From NCBI GenBank assembly GCA_036172245.1, contig JAYWIR010000046.1:372001-436000 (forward strand): DNA of 64,000 nucleotides. The letters are read 5' to 3'. Position 1 is the stretch's first letter; each line of letters starts with the position of its first letter. Below the pieces are notes generated by a model that was given only the letters and a program-made list of their open reading frames with translations, did not search any database and was not told the DNA's origin. This document shows positions 12,331 to 25,560 of this stretch, one piece after another. Made by a program: the position numbers and the translations under genes. This stretch comes from Raillietiella orientalis. Taxonomy: Eukaryota.

Positions 12331-15300
12331 AGCACCAGCTCCCTACTGCTGTACAGCCGGAGCCTCCCTAGAAAGAACTCCAAGGGAGGAATCTCATGGG
12401 TGATTCGAGAGGCCGTAGTCTGGGAAAGGGTCAAGCGTGGTTTGCTTCGTTTTTTTGCTTTTACTCCCCGCTTCATGAAATCCACTGTTCCTTGGTCTTT
12501 CCTGAATGTCAAGAACATTCGAGAGGCAGCAGTTTCATGGCAAGGGTTCTACTAGGGTTCAGTGGGGTTTGCACCTTCGGAAGTCAATCTCCTTCATCAC
12601 CCCGTGCTCTCAAATGACTGTCTGCGACTGAAGCAGGCAAAACTCGTTACAGATACTGTGTACAGAAACACTACGCACGTTCTCTGCGCACTTGGAGACC
12701 TGTGCACGAGGACTAGAACATGAAGGATGGCGTAAGGGGGATTCTGTTGCATTGTTTAAGACAAGAATGACGGCTGATCTGTATTGGACACGGCACAAAA
12801 AAGAAAAAATGGTTGCGCCCTCAAAACAGCCGTTGGAAGACTCGATTGCTTGCCTCTGTTTCTCATGACCTAGAGGTGCTTTCCATGGAAAAATGCCATT
12901 GCCGTTACTTCAAGGAAAAGCTCGCCAACTCACACGCAGTGTCAGACGGAGATCGGTGGAGTGATGGAATCGCTGAAGAGACCCCCCCCCTTCCGAAATC
13001 TTGCAGACACCTCGAAACAGACCTAGAAAAGATCGCAATGTTATAGCATTTTTGCTACTGTGAGTGCCAGAAGCTTTTCTGAGGAGCAGGGAATGTTAGC
13101 TGGACAGGTGATCCTATGAGCTCAGGAGACGCAGCTGATAGGATAAGAGTGGGCAGGAGGAGCGCAGCATCTTCTGAGAGCTCTCCAAAGGAGAGAGAAA
13201 TGGGAGCATTGATGATGGCCGGATGTCACATACCATCGCTTGCGACAATGAAAGCTCTGTGGTAGCCGCAGCCGCGACTGTACATCGCCCAAAGGGAATC
13301 GCGCCTCGTATAACAGTAGACTCTGGTTTCGGAATGAGCAGGTGTGGGCCTTCAGGGACCAAGAGAAGCAGCAGCGTTCTGCTCGCGCCATCTGAATTCC
13401 GGTGACTGAAAGTAGCTGCGGCGGTTAGTGGACACAAATACTCGAATTCGAGGGAGAGAAAGCAAGCAGGTCACGGAAGAAGTAGTCAAGAAATGGTAGC
13501 TAGCAGGCGGTGACAGTGACTAGAAATGAGCCCTGGATGACCAATGCACACGACCTACGAAGACGTTCAAAAGGACGACTCCAGTGGTTTCGATTCCTGA
13601 TCCATGTATCCAGAAAGTCTTAGGCTATTCATCACTTCTGCTGGCCGAAGAATTCAAGCCGACGACGAGAGAATGATCAAATGGAGCAGGAATAGATGAA
13701 AACTTCTCTCTTCACTAAGAATGTCAATAATTACAAAACCTCGTTGCCCTGTAGATCTGAATTTCGGAGCCACAACTGCAAACTCAGAATCTCATTCTGT
13801 TTTCTAATCCACTGAAATGTGCAAAGTCTTCAAAATTTGAAACTGTGTCACAGTTTTACATTTTATTATTTTGTAGTCACAAAAAGAAATTCTGTGCATG
13901 AAATATCACGTTGTAATAAAAAAAAACAGAAAGGTATGAGAATAACTGAACCTCCGGAATACAAATAAGCGAAAGAAATATAGAAAATATGTTGCAATGA
14001 TCGTGATACATCTTTTCCTGATGTCTGAGAAACCAGGAATGCTGTTTTGGTTCACGTCGAATGAATCTCCTAACTGTGGTCGCGGTCAGCAAAAACGCTA
14101 GATTTCCGCTGATGAGATAACAAGAGAAACTTGATTTTCATAAATCACTACAGAACTATAAGAACCCGTTTTTTTTCCTGCACGAGGATCGACAATCATT
14201 TTTCACATATATTAAGGCGCTTAATAATATCGAGATTGAATTTGTTATTATGGTTACTTAATAATATTCAGATTTCCAGTAATCTTCTGACATGTCATAA
14301 AATTCTCCGTGATCTGCGACGAGCTGTTTTAGATGGTTACTCCTGCAGCTCCTACTGTTTTGAAATAGGCTGTTTGTTTTGATGTTTAATAATCGCGTAA
14401 GTTTGCATTTATTAGTTGGTCGATTTAACGGCAGCTAAACCTTTTTTATCGTCGATGCTGTCCTTATGCCACTTGAAAGGGAAAAAAACATTCAGAGACT
14501 GCTTCTGCGCAACCGATTTCAGCTTTGAGAGAAATCTTTGCAGCCTTTAATCTCTGAAAAGTGCCTGATAATCCGAAATGATATATTTCGATACTACGAA
14601 TTGACTCGTTATTTCTTCTTCTAAATTTTTGAGAACCCATGATTAAGGGGATTATCACGCAGTAAGCTACAGATAGCTTCGTTTCAAGGTTCGTTTCATT
14701 TCTTTTACTATCATATTGGGAGAGAGTTGTGCTACCTAACGAGTGGAATTTTTTTTTTTTTTTTTCGAAATTCCGGCACTCACTGTCGATAAGTGAAAAT
14801 GAAAACTGCAGTTTCCTTTTGTAAGGTATGATTCACGAGCATATTTGGTTGGCCGATACTCTGTTCACAAGACGTTTATTCCGGACTTCCTTCGTGTCTT
14901 CCTGTTTACCAAACGTTCTCTTTACATCCTGGTTTTGTTCTTCTTCACTCCGGCAGTATACGTTAAAGAAACTTATATTCTCGTGATTTTCCCGGAAATT
15001 TGGCTGACACTTCCTTTGCTGCTGTTTAGGAGCTCGTTTCAGTTTTGCATCTTTACATGGGCTAAGGTGCTGAACAGTTTGCATCTGATTACATGACACG
15101 CTGCAAAATTTATCTTGGATATGAATGACGGAGAATTTCACGTTCAACCCTTGCAGCTCAGAAACGAATTTAAAATTCAATATTAAAAATCGGTTATCCA
15201 TCCTTCATGCACTTAAGAAAATTGAACTGGCTGGATAATATTAGTAGGTGTTCTTTTCATGAATGCATGTAAATTGGCTCGCGGCTTGTAATATTCACGT

Positions 15301-15630
15301 TCCGTCTAATAATATATGGCGTTAAAAAAAAATCAAAACACTCAATTACTCATAAATGCACCCATTTTGCTTATGCATGATTGTGAATTGCCATTAATAA
15401 AAGTTTATCCTGAAACCAGCATAAGATGCAACATTCAGAAGAAAGGGAAGTGAAGATTCGCATAATTTCGAAGTCAGAGAAATTTTAAATCATATTTTAC
15501 AATATTGAAATCATATTAAATTGCTATCGGAAGATCACCGATCGCGCTGATCTTCAAGAAGGCACGAAGTGAATGGATTAGGTTGTATTGCTTGCTCGGC
15601 ACCAATGAGTCACCTATACTATCAACTTAC

Positions 15631-15715
15631 CTATTGTGAATGTTTTGCACCAAGTCCCCACGAACTCTTGAGGCAAAGCAAAAATAAGAATTACCAGCAA
15701 ACGGTTCCGAACCAT
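15631..15715 (-). CDS. Gyc32E: Receptor guanylyl cyclase (Gyc32E-like), first coding exon (signal peptide)
   Basis: ATG at 15715-15713. Encodes MVRNRLLVILIFALPQEFVGTWCKTFTI plus G, then a consensus donor AG|GTAAGT at 15630. Phase 1 joins GA of exon 2 to give KTFTI-G-YLTGS, the conserved start of the mature protein. Too short to appear in the ORF track. Confidence 0.87.
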
Positions 15716-15740
15716 CGTCACAGAAATCGGTACCTGGAAT
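15716..15740 (-). other. Probable 3' splice acceptor (TTCCAG, AG at 15735-15734) and 18-nt leader before the Gyc32E-like ATG
   Basis: The minus strand reads ...CATTCGTAATTCCAG|GTACCGATTTCTGTGACGATG, which would imply an upstream 5' exon. Confidence 0.5.
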
Positions 15741-18239
15741 TACGAATGTAACACGTAAAAGCGATAATCGAGCTCCAGTCTTGCAAATATTCTGAACGTT
15801 CATGGAAACTACACCTAGAAACATTCGTAATGTGGTGTTTGCATGCAACAGATTTCATGCCAATATGTTCATCCTTTATTCCAAGATTTACTTTACATAA
15901 AAAACTTGGAAGTTACTCTCGGATTTGATTATGATTGATTTGACTATGCAGACGTTGTCTTCCTATTAACCGTGTTTATGATGCAATGCAGTAGGATTTT
16001 TTTCTTCTAATTGAAACGAAGAAACAAAAGTATCCCTCTTGTTCCACTGGCTATTCATTTTCATTCCTCCCAGAAACTGAGAACTCAATCTTGAGTATCG
16101 GGAAATATTTTTAGCATGCTTAAACCAAATCGCAATGAATAGGGGACCTTAACGCCAGTTAACTGAATTCAGGATGGTCGTTTTAACAAAAGGTAGTTTA
16201 GATTGGAACATTACTCAGCATACAAAAATTTAAAAAATTAAACATTCCGAATTCCGCAGTGGGATGCAATATGATGCTTAATGGAGGAATGTCAAGAGCT
16301 CCACCCTTTCACGCGATGTTCAATTGTAAATTTAAGCAATAAAAGAAGCCGTCTTACCTCTTCTCTTCATTTAGCGAATATTTCTCTTCTTAATAAAAAT
16401 CAACTATTGAATATACGAGAACATTCATTTTGGCTCTCATCTCAAGGAGTCCCTCGTTTATAAGAATTTTGAGATCACAATGTAGATTTTCAAACTCAAG
16501 TTCTCTATATGTATAACTCTGCTCAGAAAAAATGACACTCACCCTGATGAGTGCATATTGATCTATCTGTGGCACAGTGATGCAAGGAACAAGCATAGAT
16601 GGCTGTTCATTTACTAACCTATTTTCATGTTTTCTGTCCGTAACGTGTAACTGGGTTTAATGCTTTTTTTTTTTTTTTTTTTCAATGCATCAGGCAACGA
16701 CAAAATAAAATGCAAAGGGAAATGGAAATTAGCTAACATCCCCATAAACGTATTACAGCCATTTTTTTCAAATCCACAACACACACTTTTATGTAGAGGA
16801 TTTCCATTCGATCGCTTAGGAGGTGTTTTCAGTGTCGTAGGATTGCAGTTATCCTTTGCCCACCCGCGTCATAATAGTGATCTCTGCGTTGCTATTCTGT
16901 GAGATGCTATCGAAACAAGTATTGCTTCATTCTGAGCATTAATTTCAAAAATTGCATTTCTTTTCAGACAGTAAATCACGAGATCCATATTTGATGGGAA
17001 ACATGCTGATTCTGCCGAAGGTTGCAAAAGCATTAACCAGCCTTTTCGAAATGCAAATCGCAATCTACTGTCAAGAAATCCAGTCACCATCATGAGTTCC
17101 ATTATGTAAATTGGATGTTGTGATATTTTAGGAAGCAGCCATATATGATTTCTCTGTCAGTAATCTATCCAAAATTATTTCCTGCAGGATACATTAACAA
17201 CAAGCATGGAATTTGTTTGATACAAGTGTGCCCATAATTTAGAAAGAAGCACTTGTAAATTCTTTGAAACGGTTTCACGTTTCACATCATTGCTCTGTTT
17301 AATGTATCAGCTGGAGGAAGCTTGAAATTCGTAACCTCCTACTTCTTAGGAATCGGAGAATGATGATTAAATTCCAATCCTAAGAGGCGAAAATGAAAGG
17401 ATTTATGATCGAAAAGTTCGAAACACAACAGCTACTTATTCCCGATTGACTTCTTGAAGCACACTTTCAAACGGTTTCTACATTTTAGCTTGTCGGAAGC
17501 TGAATGGTGATTTGTTGAATGTTTCACAACATCCAATGGAATGAGCAATTTCAGTGCTATAGATTTTGCCGAAACTTCTATTTACAATTTATTAAATGGA
17601 ATTGAAACTATTCTTGAAGGCGCGGTGAATAATCAATAAGAGAGCATGAATGATGTTCCTCATCTGATTTCTTAGGTCTGCTGATAAATTTAAAGATCGG
17701 CATATAAATGCGAAATGAGAATGATTGTAAAAAGCACAATTATGTTTTTCGATGAATACAACAGCATATTTCTACACACGCGTTACATTTTTGTTATATC
17801 TTTTTTTTCTTTGTGACGAATACGTATCACTTGTAAGTTTATTTATAAGGAAGCAAATAAATGCAAACAGGAAAAAAAAATCATTTGTGTATCAAATTTC
17901 ATTCGATTCTATTGGAGCGGCCAGCATATACATCCATAATTTCACCGAAAATAATCTATTAAACTGAAGATGAAAATCAAACATTGTTTGTGTCTTCACT
18001 AAAGGATTTCATTAATCTATGCTTCCAATAAAAACACTGGAATGTCCATAAGCTCCTTCTGAAAGAAATGCAGATATTTTTTGTGAGAACACAAAAAAGG
18101 GACTCAAGAACGATCGTCTTAGTCATGCAACCTTTCCGGTAGATAATTTAGTTTAACGCGAAAGCTTAGCGTTTCCTAATATCTCCATCTCTATGGTTTT
18201 TCATCTATTGCCAAATGCAATTCGGAAGACGATCTAAAG

Positions 18240-18500
18240 TGTCTGATCATATCGTTCTCAGTGGGCAGCAGATTTGAGCTCGGGAAAGCTGGTTTCAATC
18301 ACATCACAGCAGCCATAAATGCATCTGAGCGGTCTTGGATAAGGAAAGATATTCGCACTGGGACATCAAGAATCCGTTCTGGAACGTTGGCATCCAGCAC
18401 ACGGACTTCACAAAAACGACTAATGGTTTCCTGGACATAACAAGGAAGGAATTGTGTGATTCACTGATGAACTCAACCTCGTTATTGCTGAGAGAGAAGT
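18240..18500 (+). mobile_element. Possible retroelement RNase H remnant
   Basis: WFPGHN followed after a frameshift by KELCDSLM resembles the RNase HI motif WVPGHxGIxGNExADxLA. Confidence 0.3.
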
Positions 18501-19903
18501 CTGGCACAAACGTCCGAAGAACCACTTTCATGAATCTGGAACGATCTTTAAGTTGCACTTAATGAAAGCAAAACTCGTTGAATAAGAGTTTCGCAGCTTG
18601 CGGGGAGCAGATGGAATTAGAATTCTTCATATGTAAAAGATCCGGAATTACAGATGTCCAGTGACATGTGAACGGTTGTTCTTCTCGTATTCACTCCAGT
18701 TGAATCTTCAATTCAGGAACACCGATTTCTGATAACTCCGTCTTGATATACTGTTAACTGATATGTGGGCACCTTTTTGGATCGATGACTCTCAAATTCA
18801 TCCGAATTTCTACAATTTTTTCTGGCATATCCATTCAAATGGAACCGTAACGTAGCAGTGAAATAGATGTGTAGCATTCTTCCCAAATTCTTTCCCCTGG
18901 ATTAAAGAAAGCAATGAATATTTCTAAATGATGATTCAGATCTCATTATCCTTAAATCCTCATCCTGTAATTTATCGTGGAAAGTGCTTAAGACTTTCTG
19001 TGCTACAATCCTCCATCGGCACGAATTCGGATTCTAATCCTCTTACATGTGATTCAATTATCTGAGTCTCAACGAACCTCCAGCTTCTAGGGGAAGAAAA
19101 GTCATTTTCACATTCAGCTTCCACATGTTTTGTTTGTTTTCATAACTTCATAAATGAAAAAATAATGGCAGACTTTCCGAGCTGATGATTCCTCGAAAAA
19201 AGGCTCTTAAAATAGACTTTCGAATTCCTTCGCTTAGTTATAATAACGATTTTTCGAAAATTTCACATTTGTGCCATAACAAATTCCTCCTAGATACGTG
19301 CAGTGAACACCTCTATGTACATGTATATTGGGTGAAAATTCCATGATGGGGATGTATTAATGTATTCATTTCCGTGTCACCTTGCTGAATAAAACTCGTT
19401 TCTAGATACAGAAAGACTTTTCAACTGCACTCCTTTACAGTTGAATGATTCTTTCTCTCCTTGAGTTGGTCAGCAGTATCTCGTGTCTGGGACTCCACAC
19501 AAACAGACACAGTTTTAACGAAGGTGTTTTGTAGATGGGTGAATAGAAAATCCCTGAAACAATGCGATTTCCTGAGGATCGACGTGATTTCGGGCTTCTA
19601 CCTTGGAAGCGTGAAACATGGAGTTTCACTGAAGTATTAGGAATTGCAGTGGAACGGAATAATACGCTCATAAACGCTAATGATACGAGAAGCAAGCCGT
19701 AGAAGAAGCTCTTTCGATGCTCAGTCGAAAACATGGTTCTTGGTGGATTTTTTCAGTGAAGCAGTCCGATGAATTTAAAGTGAGGAGTTGCCTAAGCTGG
19801 AAAAAAAGACCCAAGCTGAGAGCAAGCTTACGTAAAAGCAATCATTGTCCCAAGTGAGCATATCATCAAGGAGAATATCTGAGCAAGGAGAATTGTAGAG
19901 GGG

Positions 19904-19943
19904 GATCTGAAGATCATGATCAAGAGATCATGATCTTCAGATC
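19904..19943. repeat. Perfect 18-bp inverted repeat with a 4-nt loop
   Basis: GATCTGAAGATCATGATC-AAGA-GATCATGATCTTCAGATC; the arms are exact reverse complements. Confidence 0.92.
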
Positions 19944-22349
19944 TTCGCCTGATGATCGTAAGAGGGAGACTTCACTGAGGGAACCAAGCTACAAAGCACG
20001 AACAAAGCATTTCCTAATAAATGGCACCCACGCTTTATATCACAGGCTATGCGATATGCGCATTTGTATTCGGGATTCCTATAAGCATCCTGAAAGGAAC
20101 GCAGACATTTTTAAGAGTTTCTAACAATATTTTTAAGTTGAGGAGGAAGCAGTAAGTCTATACAGAAAAATTTTCAGCGACTTTCGTGTGGTAGAAGCGG
20201 AAGGAGTGTAAAAGTTCTTAGAATTCCCTGCAATGACAAGAAATAGAAGGAGCGAACCGAAATTTGGAAAAATTGTGGGTGATTTGAATCACAAGATGTA
20301 TAAAACAGTCAAGTGAGCGTTCACATATTCCTAACAAAAGTAAAAGGCTCCATCGAAAAAGAATCCTAAATCCTATCTAAAGTATCCTATCTGCTATGAG
20401 GGGACCCTCTCCAGCCACCAAACACGTGAATAACCCCTCCTTCATCGGAAACAAGCAAAGAAAACAGTCTCCAGTATGAATAGAGTTTATTCGAAAAACT
20501 CATGAAATACCGTCAAAGAATCCAAAATGCCAGGATGTAACGTGACTGAAACGCCCAAAAGCAGAAACTTAGCTGTAATGGAAAACTACTTTCAAACGTG
20601 AACGCCAGCAAATGGAAGAGAACAGAGGGCTGCTGTGCACTGTGTACCACAAACGAAATCCATGAAATCAACGTTGTGCCATTATCAGGAATTGGCAAGA
20701 CTTTGCTTCCGCATCCACCATCATTGGAAAATTTTCTAAAAGTTTTCCGTTGCGAGGAAAGCAAGGTAATATGATTATAAAGTTTAATTAATTCGCTGTT
20801 GGTTTCACAGAGCTTGCAAAATGGTTGGACAGCCAAGACACCTTTTCTAAGTCAATGCAATTCAAAGAACAAAGGTGCTTGAAGAGGGGGTAGTCCGTGT
20901 AGGTATCTGGCGAACAAACTTGAATACAGTTTTTGAAACCCTCCAGATTGAAAACGTCGTGCTTTCGTTTCTCACAATAACTACGTGAACGAGATAATCT
21001 CCAGGAACTCAAATCTGTAGAGAATACGAATGCTAGGTTTTTTTTTTATGGTCACCTTTAGCTTATGACTGTGACTTTGTGACGTGCTGATTCTAGACTT
21101 CGAAAATATACTATCTGAAAACGTCACAAGTATTCTTTCTATCCAGTTGTCTCTTCACAAAGTCTGCCTTGGAGGAAACCTGGGTTTGTGTGATGAAGAG
21201 GTTATCTAGTAATTAAGAAATCTTTTGTCCGTTTCATCTATTTCGCTGGTCTGCCTCTTGATCTTTTCATTCTCTCTTCTTTCAGTGTATGAAGGAAGAA
21301 ATGAGGGGGCAGATTTTTTCGTAGATTCCGTCGTTGAATTATCATTTTCTTTGCACGGAACAGAGGACAATGGAAGAACAATGGACTGAAATTGCATTTT
21401 TTTTGTTGACCCAACCTCACAGAATTCGAATCTTTCTTCACATAGCCCAGCACCCAGAACATGATAAAGTTTCCTCAATTTTGCTCTGATCGAAAGAGTT
21501 CTTTTGCATTTTTTCATCAAAAGAAACTCTACAGAATCTATTGGAAGAGTGGTTCCAAAGTGAGAATTTTCCTTTGACTGCCTCCTAACACTGAGCTTTA
21601 AGAGAGGCAGTTATTTGCTCTTACTACCTTTGCAAGAGTTTTCGCATTTGCAAGTGTTCTGAAATCATGGCAGAAAGAGGTAATCACTTCATGGTAATCA
21701 CTTCGAAATCAAGTGCGTTATTCGAACGAAAACAAAACAATTCTTTTCTAATTTTGATGGGACTTGAAGTTCAAGTTGGAGACAGTCATTTGTGTTGAAA
21801 GACTGGATATTATTCCATACACAAAGGAGGCAATTAAGCACAAGAGAAGGAGTTTCTAGTTGCTCCTCCACACTCACTGCACTCCTAGTTTTCTTGAAAG
21901 TTATAATGCGAATGTAAGATGCGTTGCAAATAGATAGTGCTAAACGGGAGATCCGCTAGATCTCTGTTTTTCCAAGTCAGCACCGTCACTGTTGCTTTCT
22001 GTCTCATGTCCTCATCTGGTGCGTGGCGGATCCAATCTTTGGCTTCTCCGGAAGATATATGAATTGAATAAAACCGTCATTGTGCAAAGATTACTTTTTT
22101 TCCTAGGGAGAATGGGAAAGCTGATCGAAAAGGCAGAAAATTAAATATAAGAAACGAAATCAAGTTTTGCATCACGAACATGAAGTTCGTATTTACTTTT
22201 TGATTTTCAGGGACTGCGCTTTTTTTTTCCTGGAAATCCTTTTTTTGAATCGTCCACGTCTTTCGAAAAACGTTCACGCCGCTCCGTTCGTGAAAACATT
22301 TTCGTCTACACTGGAAACGACTCGATAAAGGTACATCTTCGCGTACCAT

Positions 22350-23640
22350 TTCTTACGCGGATTCAGTGGCATATTTTAGACCTGCATGCTGTTTTTCTTT
22401 TGTTTTTGCTTTCTTTCGCTTTTTTCCTCACGCTTGTCTGAAGATCGTAAGTGGGAACAAACACACGAAAGACGCATTCTGTTGCTTTTTGTTTGGAATG
22501 GTATGGGAGCACTGTTTTGATAACGTTCCATTCCGCTTCGCTTGGAGGTCTATAAGAGAAAGAAATCATGTTACCACTGTTTTCATTAACGCTTTCAATT
22601 CTGAAAACGGCTGGAGGCAAAACAACACATGATGGATTCTCTCCAGAGGAAAGTTTGATGTGAAAGATCAGTGTCGAAATGCCAACAACAATAAAGATGG
22701 AGAAGCAAGTACCGCGACTTCCATTTCAACGAATGCAAGCAAAGAACGAATCGCTCCCGAATCAATCAAATCTCCGTGCTTCCTTTGTGAAGCCCATTCC
22801 AGAGAGAATACCCAGTAACACCGGTCAACGGTTCACTTGACAACCACGTTCCCAGATGTTTGGTAGAACGAACATCCACTTCTCAAGACTCCACCCGCAG
22901 CTGTGCCCGCAGTGCACTCCTCACCCAAGGAAACGAGCAAACTCTCGGCAAGTTTGTGTGACATTCTTCGTTTCCAGGTTGGGAGTGTTCTCATGTTCTC
23001 ACCACAAAGGTTGCGATTCGGTCGTCAGGGTTGTGGAGAGAGACGACTTCTCCTGTGGCAGCATCCGGCCCCGATTTCCGTCGCGAGGAAATTCCAAGCG
23101 TTTCGATTCCCTCGACCGAGGATGCGGCAGAAGGGGGAAGCGAAATTCGAACGGAAAAACTCCCAACTTGCGACGCAATGGAACACTCGCTTAGTAACTC
23201 ATGAGCTGTCTGGAGGACAGTGGCAAAATAAATAGGGCTGCTCTCAGGGAAATTGTACGCAGAGGAAAGAGTTCTGCTTGGGGAAAGGAGGACCCCGCGC
23301 TTCATTCTGGAACACGCCTCCGAAAGCAAACTTGTCTCGGAGGACAAGAAAAAGATTCCGCGTCAATACGTTCTGCTCCACCTTGCTGTGCTCCTGTTGC
23401 CGCATGCCTGCAAATCCTTTCAGCAGCTTTGGCCCTAGATTCCGGATTTGATCCCGATTTTTTTTCTCTTTTCTTACCAGTAAAACTTCGTCTCCAAGGA
23501 CCTTTTCAGTTGTGCGGAAATAAAACCAAACCCCCCATGATTCCGTGGAGCACAGGACTTCCCGTTCATCTGTTTGAAGACGAAGTGCGCAAAGTAGCAA
23601 ATAATTCGATGAGCTTTCAAAGTTCATGTGAAAAGAAAAA
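22350..23640 (-). mobile_element. Decayed CR1/L2-type LINE AP-endonuclease and linker remnant
   Basis: Motifs in order: EVLCSTESW (DIxCITETW-like), VLLVRKEKKNR (RxDR-like), SAYNFPESS (YRPP-like), QVGSFSV (GDFNI-like) and LPTWKR...LAESLLVS (PTR...LDLILV-like). Confidence 0.5.
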
Positions 23641-25199
23641 GAAATTGGTTTCGTGCCTAAATTTGTAAAGGGACATCTTTTCTCTTATTAACAGTGAAAA
23701 TTGAAAGAAATTCCGGATTCGCTTCAATGATTTCTTGAAAATTAGATCGTTGGTATCTAATGATATGCGTTACTCGCTATCTTCTTTCCTTCGATGGCAT
23801 CGGTGTCTCGAGTCTAAGTCGTAAATCGGACAAACAGGTGATTCGAAAACATGGTGTGGCAACTGGGACTCGAGAGATTTAAGATCTTGCATGGAAACTT
23901 TAATCCACTCCAGCAATCGAGATTGCACGTGCTCAAAGTAACGACGAACCAGAATTAAGTCGTCGTAAATCTCCTCCCATCGCTTTGTACTTAGCCGTTC
24001 TGTAAACTCCCCGTTTTATTGTCTTCCTATTCCCATGTTATTAGGAACTACCAGGAGGCGGGGAGGAAGCACAAATTGGTGGCTCAAAATTGATTTCAAA
24101 AAACTTGCTCGTGTTGTTCATTGGCTGGAGCGCTCACAGCACTGGGTGAGACAGCATTTTATTCTGGGAAGGGGATTTCTCGAAGTGATATGCATTAGGG
24201 CAGCTGAAGCTGCAGAAGGCGATACCGTTCAGTCTCTTCTAAGAAAAGAAAAAAAAAACTCTTCACAGAATGAAGACACTGCAATGAACTTTTGGTGAAT
24301 TTCACTGAGTAATTTCCATGTGTTCCCGATCATTAGGAAAAATTTATTTTTGTAACATTGAGATATCTGCCTGCTTATACTTGTTGCAGTAGGATGTACA
24401 TCATACGAACTTTTGAGGGCAACTGGATTATTATCGGATCGGATTATTATCTATTAATTCTCTGTGATAATTAGGTAAGCGCTTTAATGAAAGGGACAAT
24501 CGGTCAGCTTTCATCTCGAACTCATTCTCAGAGTTTCCAGCTGTATTCAACGCCAGTTTAGAAGAATTAATACACGGCATATACAATTTTCTTTCAAGAC
24601 GTACTTGAAAATGAAATTCCAATTTATCAGTCTAGACACTTGGACTTGCCATCAGTGGTAAGAGACAACGAAGTTCAAGAAATTATATTTCATGATCTAA
24701 TCATCATGTCAGGTTCATCTTTCAGGGAGTTTCACTTATGTATCGTGCTCATGCTTACAGCAGTGAACACCTACAGGTGGCACAAATAATAAATTCGAAC
24801 CCCAAATAAGTGCTTTCATTATGGATGCCAAGGAACGGCTGTTTTTGCTGAGGAAAATAGTACACTTGCATCACATGTACGAAGAAAGGATACGAGGAAG
24901 AAGAAACAAAAGAAACTTAGGATATGAAAAATGCCGTGTTTCCGAAGTGTCTCTTGCTGTTAAAATGCGCCACTGAGCTCTCAGTGTTGATTCACAACAT
25001 CATTCCGGAGCCCCGTGGGACGTCGTGACGTCACAACTGAATGGAAATCCATCTTGGCAGTCAAAGGCAGAAGTTGCCAGTAGAAGCGATTCGCCAGACT
25101 TGCCTAACGGGTTTACGCCCAAGAAATCGGTAGCCAGCACCGCACAATGCCGCCTTTCGTTCCTTCTACAATCTCTTAATGGACAGTGAGAGAAGCGTA

Positions 25200-25560
25200 G
25201 CTTGAAATCTTAGCTTGAGTTGTGGGTCGAGAGACTGATTTGGAAGAAGATGAGGTGTCAGTTTTTTGGTGCTCATGGCATTTGCTTTCTGGGAAGACCT
25301 GCGGTTTCTCCAGTGCATGCAATTTTCAATCGTCATAGCCGGTGCACACCTGACAGTTTGAATATCTTCTGTATGCTACAAGCAGGCGCTGAAGGTTGGC
25401 ATGTCTTTATTCGTTCATCGGACTCGGAGAGAGCTATTCGAACTCTATCCTACTACCATGATTTCTTGGTCGTGTATGCCCAACCGTTGTCTCACTCCTT
25501 GGGAATGTGCAATCCAAGGAACCCTACACATCGGGGACGTCTTTTTCCTTCTTTTACTTG
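25200..25560 (-). mobile_element. Faint LINE RT-thumb remnant
   Basis: VGFLGLHIPKE*DNGWAYT resembles KFLGLxIDxxLxWxxH. Little other support. Confidence 0.25.

Noticed and set aside
25026..25033. Perfect CRE site TGACGTCA
   Set aside because: About one such 8-mer is expected by chance in 64 kb, and there is no supporting context.
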